DNA of 62,949 nucleotides, filler included, from Candidatus Rokuibacteriota bacterium (lineage in GTDB: Bacteria > JAUVQV01 > DATDCY01): assembly GCA_031406795.1 (NCBI GenBank). It is 4 parts of 4 records of this genome, joined end to end, with 100 filler letters (N's around TTAATTAATTAA, not from the genome) between each part and the next. Parts side by side here need not be neighbours in the genome. Positions count along the whole stretch, not along the records: positions 53,905 to 62,949 come from JANOHV010000013.1; 3 more parts are not named here. One strand, given 5' to 3'. How positions within the stretch are numbered: position 1 is the first letter of the stretch; every line of letters starts with the position of its first letter. The translations under genes were made by a program, and so were the position numbers. Shown piece after piece: positions 57,997-62,949 of the stretch. A model generated the notes under the pieces. It was not told the DNA's origin, ran no database searches, and was given only the letters and a program-made list of their open reading frames with translations.

Positions 57997-58261
57997 GTGC
58001 CGCTCCTCTCGTCTTATTTCTCTCGTCACCCCGTAAGGTCTGGAACAAAACGTCTCGAAGCTGGTTCAGGCTCTCCCTCAGCCGCAGAGGATTTACCGTG
58101 GCGTTGCCGTTGCGGTACGTCTCCTCGATCTCCGAGAGGTCTTCGCCGACGATCCGGAATGCCACGATCCGCCGATCGAAGTCAGAGACGTAAGCCCCGT
58201 CCAGCTTGCCGCCCTTGCACAGCAGGAACGCTCCTCGAAAGACGTCGGTCGTCTCAAGCAT
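57869..58261 (-). CDS. hypothetical protein, first gene of the replication/recombination operon
   Basis: ATG at 58261 with GGAG upstream. Globular-looking sequence. Its tail overlaps the primase start. Confidence 0.6.
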   Translation of the reverse strand: MLETTDVFRGAFLLCKGGKLDGAYVSDFDRRIVAFRIVGEDLSEIEETYRNGNATVNPLRLRESLNQLRDVLFQTLRGDERNKTRGAAHADQSGGARCDQAGGPAGGGGVRRGGAQAQGDELGRLVSVPR

Positions 58262-58336
58262 CGTTCTCAACTCCAGCCACCTCCTCTCCACAAAAATCGT
58301 GTCAAGCGCTTTTTCGCCCGAAATACATGCTACCAT

Positions 58337-58366
58337 AAAATAACGATTATCGTTATTCTGTGTCAA
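58337..58366 (-). promoter_or_regulatory. sigma70 promoter overlapped by palindromic operator AATAACGAT-T-ATCGTTATT (58339-58357)
   Basis: Minus strand TTGACA-N18-TATTTT with a perfect 9-1-9 inverted repeat in the spacer/-10 region. Lies between divergent xre and the primase operon. Confidence 0.7.
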
Positions 58367-58400
58367 GGGCGATTTACTACCAGAGATAGAATCATCGCCC

Positions 58401-58766
58401 ATGAAAGGAAAAACGACGGTCACGGACTTCGGGAGCAGACTTGCCACCCTCCGCAAGGAACGGGGACTCACCCAGCACCAGCTCGGCGAGAGTGTCGGTG
58501 TGTCGAACAGGGTCATCCACTACTACGAGGGGGAGACGCAATACCCGCCGGCGCACCTGATTACACCGCTCTCCAAGGCGTTGAAAGTCTCCACCGATGA
58601 ACTCCTGGGCATCCGGGAGGTCAGGCAAGAGCGCAGCCCGGAGAACGCCGCCCTCTGGCGACGCCTGCGCAAGATCGAGACCCTCCCCAAAAGAGACCAA
58701 AGGGCGCTCCTGCACTACCTTGACGCCTTGGTGCAAAAGAACGAACCTACCAAGGTAGGAGGGTAG
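58401..58766 (+). CDS. XRE-family HTH transcriptional regulator
   Basis: FGSRL..LRKERGLTQ.QL...VGVS...I.YYE and LKVSTDELLG motifs. Confidence 0.92.
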   Translation: MKGKTTVTDFGSRLATLRKERGLTQHQLGESVGVSNRVIHYYEGETQYPPAHLITPLSKALKVSTDELLGIREVRQERSPENAALWRRLRKIETLPKRDQRALLHYLDALVQKNEPTKVGG

Positions 58767-58773
58767 AGGCGCG

Positions 58774-59019
58774 ATGCCGGTGGTCTTCCGGTATAAGGGT
58801 TATCGGTTCTTCTTCTTTTCCAACGAGGGCGACCCGCGCGAGCCGATGCATATCCACGTCAGAAAGGGAGAGGCCACCGCCAAGTTCTGGATCAACCCCT
58901 TTGTCGCCATCGCCGAGGCCTACCGGCTGGATGCGGCAGAACTGCGGGAGTTGGCCAAAGTCGCCGAGGAGAACCGTGGGCGGATCGAAAGGAGCTGGAA
59001 TGAACACTTTCCCGAGTAA
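58774..59019 (+). CDS. DUF4160-family protein (putative TA component)
   Basis: GYRFFFFSNE...EPMHIHV...AKFW...W.EHF signature. Confidence 0.88.
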   Translation: MPVVFRYKGYRFFFFSNEGDPREPMHIHVRKGEATAKFWINPFVAIAEAYRLDAAELRELAKVAEENRGRIERSWNEHFPE

Positions 59020-59281
59020 CGCTCAGGCCACCAGGCTCGCCTTTGACGAGAACAGCTTCACCGTCTATCTCGCCGATGGCAGGATCCTCAATGTCCCGCT
59101 GGCTTTCTTCCCGCGCCTGTTGCATGCCGACCAGCCCCAGCGCGAGCACTACGAGCTCAGCGGCGGCGGCACCGGCATCCATTGGGACGACCTGGACGAG
59201 GACATCTCCGTCGAGGGGTTGCTTCTTGGCGTCGGCGACAGGACACGCCGCCACCTGGAACCGTCTCAGAAATCCGCGTAG
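59000..59281 (+). CDS. DUF2442-family protein (putative TA component)
   Basis: L.DGR.L.VPL.FFPRL...GIHWDDLDEDISVEGLL signature. Confidence 0.88.
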   Translation: MNTFPSNAQATRLAFDENSFTVYLADGRILNVPLAFFPRLLHADQPQREHYELSGGGTGIHWDDLDEDISVEGLLLGVGDRTRRHLEPSQKSA

Positions 59282-59288
59282 ACCGGAG

Positions 59289-59516
59289 ATGGCTGACAAC
59301 GAACGAGCCGTGATGCGTGACGCATTCGACGAATCGTTCGACGAGTTCATCGAAAAGGGCTGGATCGAGGAGACCGGCAGTGGCTCCGAGGGGGAGCCGG
59401 TTTACCGTCTAACGGACAAGGCCATTGAGGAGCAGCTTTATCTGGTCGAGCTATGGAAAGCCCTCGCGAACAACAGTCCAGCGGAAATCCTTAAGCGGAT
59501 CGCCAAGTCGAACTGA
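59289..59516 (+). CDS. small hypothetical protein (possible winged-helix remnant)
   Basis: 75 aa with GWIEE...VYRLTDK. GGAG precedes the ATG. Confidence 0.5.
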   Translation: MADNERAVMRDAFDESFDEFIEKGWIEETGSGSEGEPVYRLTDKAIEEQLYLVELWKALANNSPAEILKRIAKSN

Positions 59517-59572
59517 CGCTACGTCCGGAGTCTGGCAGTGATGTGTAACCATGACCACAGAAAGGGAGTGCT

Positions 59573-61453
59573 ATGAAACGAGGGACTGTCTCATGTTCGT
59601 GGGCACTCGTCCTTTCCTTGGCGGCATCGGTTCACATAGCCAACGCAGCTAGCTTTGATTGTGCGAAGGCAGGATCAACAGCCGAGAAATTGATCTGTAA
59701 AATCAAGCAACTCTCAGACCTCGATGACCAACTCTCCGCACAATACAAGACCGCGATGAGCACTACCTCCAACAAAGAAGCTATAAAGGCTGAACAACTC
59801 CGTTGGCTGAAGGAACGTAATGCCCAAAAAGATGAGACTTCCTTGAGGTATGTTTATGAGGGACGCATTGCAGTTTTGACCATGGGGGGGGAAGAGACAC
59901 TGAGAAGGCGAGCTGAGCAAGGCGACGTTAAAGCTCAGGTCATCCTCGGGGAAATGCTATCCATGAAGAACGACGCCGAAGATATCAAATGGTTTCGCAA
60001 AGCCGCGGAGCAGGGAAACGTTGACGCTCAGGTATTATTGGGGGTGCGCTATTCCGGTGCCGAATCGATCAAATGGTTACGCAAGGCTGCCGAGCAGGGG
60101 TCCACTGAAGGCATGGTGCTCATCGCTGTCTCGTATTACGACGGCCGTAATGGGACCCAGGACTACGCCGAAGCGATCAAGTGGTACCGCAAGGCCGCCG
60201 ATTTGGGCGATGCCAACGCTAAGTGCAGACTTGGGGAGATTTACTCAGAAGGGATCGGCGTACCCCGGGACTACGCCGAAGGGATGAAGTGGTACCGCAG
60301 TGCCGCCGCGCAAGGCGATGGCCCTGCTCAGGACGCACTGGGCGAGATCTACTGCAAGGGTGAAGGTGTGCCTCAGGACACCGCCGCCGGAATCAAGTGG
60401 TACAGCATGAAGGCGGAACACGGAGAGCGACTTCATCAGCGCCTCCTCGGGGATATGTACTACAAGAGGTACGACCACAACAAAGATACATGCGTACCTC
60501 AGGATTACACTGAGGCTGCGAAGTGGTACCGCAAGGCCGCGGAACAGTGGGACATTGACGCTCCATTGCACCTCGGGGAGATGTATGCCAATGGCACTGG
60601 CGTACCCAAGAACAGCGCCGAGGCTGCAAAGTGGTACCGCCAGGCGGCAGAACTGGGGAACGTCGAGGCGCAGTTACACCTCGGGGAGATGTACTCCACA
60701 GGAACCGGCGTGCCCAAAGACTACGCTGAATCTGCGAAGTGGTACCGCGAGGCGGCGGAGCAAGGGAGCGCTCCGGCTCAGATCAATCTCGGGGAGATGT
60801 ACTCAGAAGGGATCGGCGTACCCAAAGACAGCGCCAAGGCCGCCGAATGGTACAGCAAGGCGGGCGAGCATGGCTATGAATTTGACGCAGCCGATCAGCC
60901 AACACCTGTACCCTCTTCGGAACCTGCTCCCGATGTACCTCCTGCACCGATATCGACGCCACCATCCGCAGCAGCCGCCGGCGCGCCTGCTGCCCGAACA
61001 ACCAACACGCCTGAGCCCTCCTTGAAGATTAAAGGGCTCTTCATCGGAATGGATATCAGGACGGTGCCAGCGATCTTGAAACAGAAGTTTCCTGATGGAC
61101 AAGACTTCGAAGTTGGGGATCTCATTGCCGAACGACAATCTGTTCTGGTTCTCCATGGAACGGATGGTGTTGTCTGTATTATTGCGTGTGGGCCCGACAG
61201 CCCGGCCGTAGTTGCCATAGCTTTCGAGAAGGTTGCCGTCGATGCCTTGTTCAATGCCGCTGGCATGGAGGCATCGGAGTTTGCCAAAGCTTTTGTCGAC
61301 GGGTACCAGATTCCAAGCATGGATGTCAGCGACGACAGAAAGTCCTGGGTCTATCTCAGCCCAGAAGGCTATAAGGTCAGCATTACTTTAGGCAAGCAGC
61401 TGATCATTGTTAAGACTCCAAACTCCACCGAACGAAAGAAGTCTTTTGATTAG
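59573..61453 (+). CDS. exported LprI-like + Sel1-repeat protein
   Basis: Signal peptide, ASFDCAKA...EKLIC...LD..L, and repeated A.KWYRKAAEQG...AQ..LGEMY..G.GVP.D. Confidence 0.92.
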   Translation: MKRGTVSCSWALVLSLAASVHIANAASFDCAKAGSTAEKLICKIKQLSDLDDQLSAQYKTAMSTTSNKEAIKAEQLRWLKERNAQKDETSLRYVYEGRIAVLTMGGEETLRRRAEQGDVKAQVILGEMLSMKNDAEDIKWFRKAAEQGNVDAQVLLGVRYSGAESIKWLRKAAEQGSTEGMVLIAVSYYDGRNGTQDYAEAIKWYRKAADLGDANAKCRLGEIYSEGIGVPRDYAEGMKWYRSAAAQGDGPAQDALGEIYCKGEGVPQDTAAGIKWYSMKAEHGERLHQRLLGDMYYKRYDHNKDTCVPQDYTEAAKWYRKAAEQWDIDAPLHLGEMYANGTGVPKNSAEAAKWYRQAAELGNVEAQLHLGEMYSTGTGVPKDYAESAKWYREAAEQGSAPAQINLGEMYSEGIGVPKDSAKAAEWYSKAGEHGYEFDAADQPTPVPSSEPAPDVPPAPISTPPSAAAAGAPAARTTNTPEPSLKIKGLFIGMDIRTVPAILKQKFPDGQDFEVGDLIAERQSVLVLHGTDGVVCIIACGPDSPAVVAIAFEKVAVDALFNAAGMEASEFAKAFVDGYQIPSMDVSDDRKSWVYLSPEGYKVSITLGKQLIIVKTPNSTERKKSFD

Positions 61454-61457
61454 GGAT

Positions 61458-62237
61458 ATGAAAACAAGCGACCAGGAAAAGAAACATTACGCACGCCAAG
61501 AATGCAGGGCTTTTTCATCGTGGGATCAGCTCCTGCCAGTTGGGCAGTTAAGCGTGGTCTTCCATGCCATCCATGGCTTGGAATCGGCGTGGGGAAAAAC
61601 AGGTGATCTGGCAGAACAAAATAATTACAACCTGTTTCGAGCACTCAACCCACACATTAGTCCTGCTCTCGTCAATCCGATCATCAGCGGTAGCTTTAAG
61701 CCTAGGAATTTCATTCACCGCTTTGAGCAGCACTATTCTACGCCGGGATATTTGGACATACAGGTTTTGCCACACTTTTTTAAAACCGTGGACGAATTGG
61801 CGCATAGTTTTGTAGACAAGAAGGAGAAAGATGAGGCCGAAGAATTCCTAGCGTTTGTCTACATGTACTTTCTCATTTGCCATCCCTTTGTCGACGGAAA
61901 TGGCCGAGTAGCACGCAGTCTGCTTGATTACTATAATCACAAATTAGATTTTATGATCCATGATGTCTGGAACAATTCAGACCCCAAGTTCGCCAACGAG
62001 GCATTTCACAAGGAAGCTTTCAATATGTTCTACTGCTCACAGGCACATCTCATTTCATACGACTATGCAACGGTTGTATCTCTCCCAATACATGTCAAGC
62101 AGGAGTTGACTAAATTAGCCGACCATCTGATCGGATGGGCTGATAATGTCAGAAACTCAAAAGCTCTATCGAGCTACAGGAGTGTTTCAGTTATGGCGAA
62201 TGGAATCAGGATGCTCCATTCAAAGAAGGGAGTCTGA
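61458..62237 (+). CDS. Fic-domain protein
   Basis: Canonical HPFVDGNGRVAR motif. AT-rich relative to the host. Confidence 0.88.
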   Translation: MKTSDQEKKHYARQECRAFSSWDQLLPVGQLSVVFHAIHGLESAWGKTGDLAEQNNYNLFRALNPHISPALVNPIISGSFKPRNFIHRFEQHYSTPGYLDIQVLPHFFKTVDELAHSFVDKKEKDEAEEFLAFVYMYFLICHPFVDGNGRVARSLLDYYNHKLDFMIHDVWNNSDPKFANEAFHKEAFNMFYCSQAHLISYDYATVVSLPIHVKQELTKLADHLIGWADNVRNSKALSSYRSVSVMANGIRMLHSKKGV

Positions 62238-62436
62238 TCGATCCGTCAAGTCGAGGTTGCCTCGTGCAGTCTCAAGCCAGATCCGACGCCTGACGTTTCC
62301 CCCAGGATCAACGATTCTCGGTCCACGAAGGCTTGTGTTACCGTGCCAGTATCCCCCGCCCGCCCCGTGCTCCGGGCCACCTCCGCCAGCTCCGGGACTC
62401 CGGTCACTACGGCACCGCAAAAGCCGCTCCGCTCAG

Positions 62437-62468
62437 CACGGCCGATAACTGCGCAGTTATCGGCCGTG
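62437..62468. repeat. perfect 32-bp palindrome
   Basis: CACGGCCGATAA-CTGCGCAG-TTATCGGCCGTG. Confidence 0.9.
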
Positions 62469-62566
62469 GCCATTCAGTCACGCCCCTTGCAGCCAAAGCA
62501 GCGGTTAAGGAAAAAACAGGCTCGTTCCGCAAGGGTCGCGCCTTCATGGCTCCCCTCGCTCCCGCT

Positions 62567-62591
62567 TTTACATAACCGGAGGTTATGTAAA
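62567..62591. other. dif/att-like tyrosine recombinase core site
   Basis: TTTACATAA-CCGGAGG-TTATGTAAA. The inverted arms resemble the CATAA...TTATGTTAAA core of dif. Confidence 0.7.
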
Positions 62592-62949
62592 CTTTTGCGG
62601 TGCCTCCGTTCCCTACGCCCCTGCGCCACCTCCGGCGGCCCTCCGCACTCCCGTCCGGCCCCCAGGGGCCTCCCTTCCCGTGCAGAGGCGCTCCGTCATG
62701 CGCCTTGCCCGCGGCGGCAAGGCGCCCGCCGTCGCTACCGTGCCAAAAACAAGCCGTTAAAAGAGGGATGCGGATCTTTCCCTTAACCGTCGCCGTGCCG
62801 ACAATTGCGGGGTCAAGTACGCAAACGACATCTCGATTGTGAGGCTAGAAAGGTCCACGGTCCCCGACGATGCCGAGAGCCACATACTCGAATCCCCATC
62901 GACAGTTACGGGTTCGTGCCCGGAGGAGCGCAATCGGATTATTGCCGCA

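Larger units (their letters stand above)
53905..62790. mobile_element. integrative element with twin tyrosine recombinases, CHC2 primase-ATPase, XRE regulator and cargo (left end lost in gap, right end approximate)
   Basis: Gene content, visibly lower GC than the backbone, iteron-like repeats and a dif-like site. Confidence 0.8.

Noticed and set aside
59900-60870. About 108-bp DNA repeats containing AAGTGGTACCGC
   Set aside because: They are fully explained by the 36-aa Sel1 protein repeats.
53905-62949. Prophage or class-type integron
   Set aside because: No structural or lysis genes, no IntI-specific insertion recognised in the recombinase, and no attC-like repeats seen between cargo genes.

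Overview
This is a GC-rich bacterial draft genome or MAG window with a Deltaproteobacteria-like gene repertoire (inferred). It consists of four contigs joined by artificial N-TTAATTAATTAA-N linkers at 21515-21614, 49277-49376 and 53805-53904. Contigs 1-3 are mostly chromosomal: lysA-dapF-dapA, crcB, tldD, rsmD-coaD, purB, several c-di-GMP/two-component proteins, an 11-heme cytochrome, a probable UGA-recoded selenoprotein fused to a tetraheme domain, coaBC, rqcH, paaK, a MacAB-TolC-like pump, a sigma54-driven type III glnA, and gltD. Contig 1 also carries a small decaying island (BrnTA-like pair plus two broken genes). Three dispersed non-coding repeat families are visible. The first is a ~120-nt rod-like element with compensatory base changes that begins at stop codons. 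The second is a ~200-nt element with palindromic ends. The third is a set of GTAG-type REPs. Contig 4 (53905-62949) is the best candidate for a poorly described system. It is an integrative element with two tyrosine recombinases, a CHC2 primase-ATPase, helically phased iteron-like repeats and an XRE switch with a palindromic operator. It also has a recurring GCGGTTAA box, TA/Sel1/Fic cargo, and a terminal cis region holding a dif-like site and a perfect 32-bp palindrome. All family assignments come from motif recognition by eye; no searches were run.
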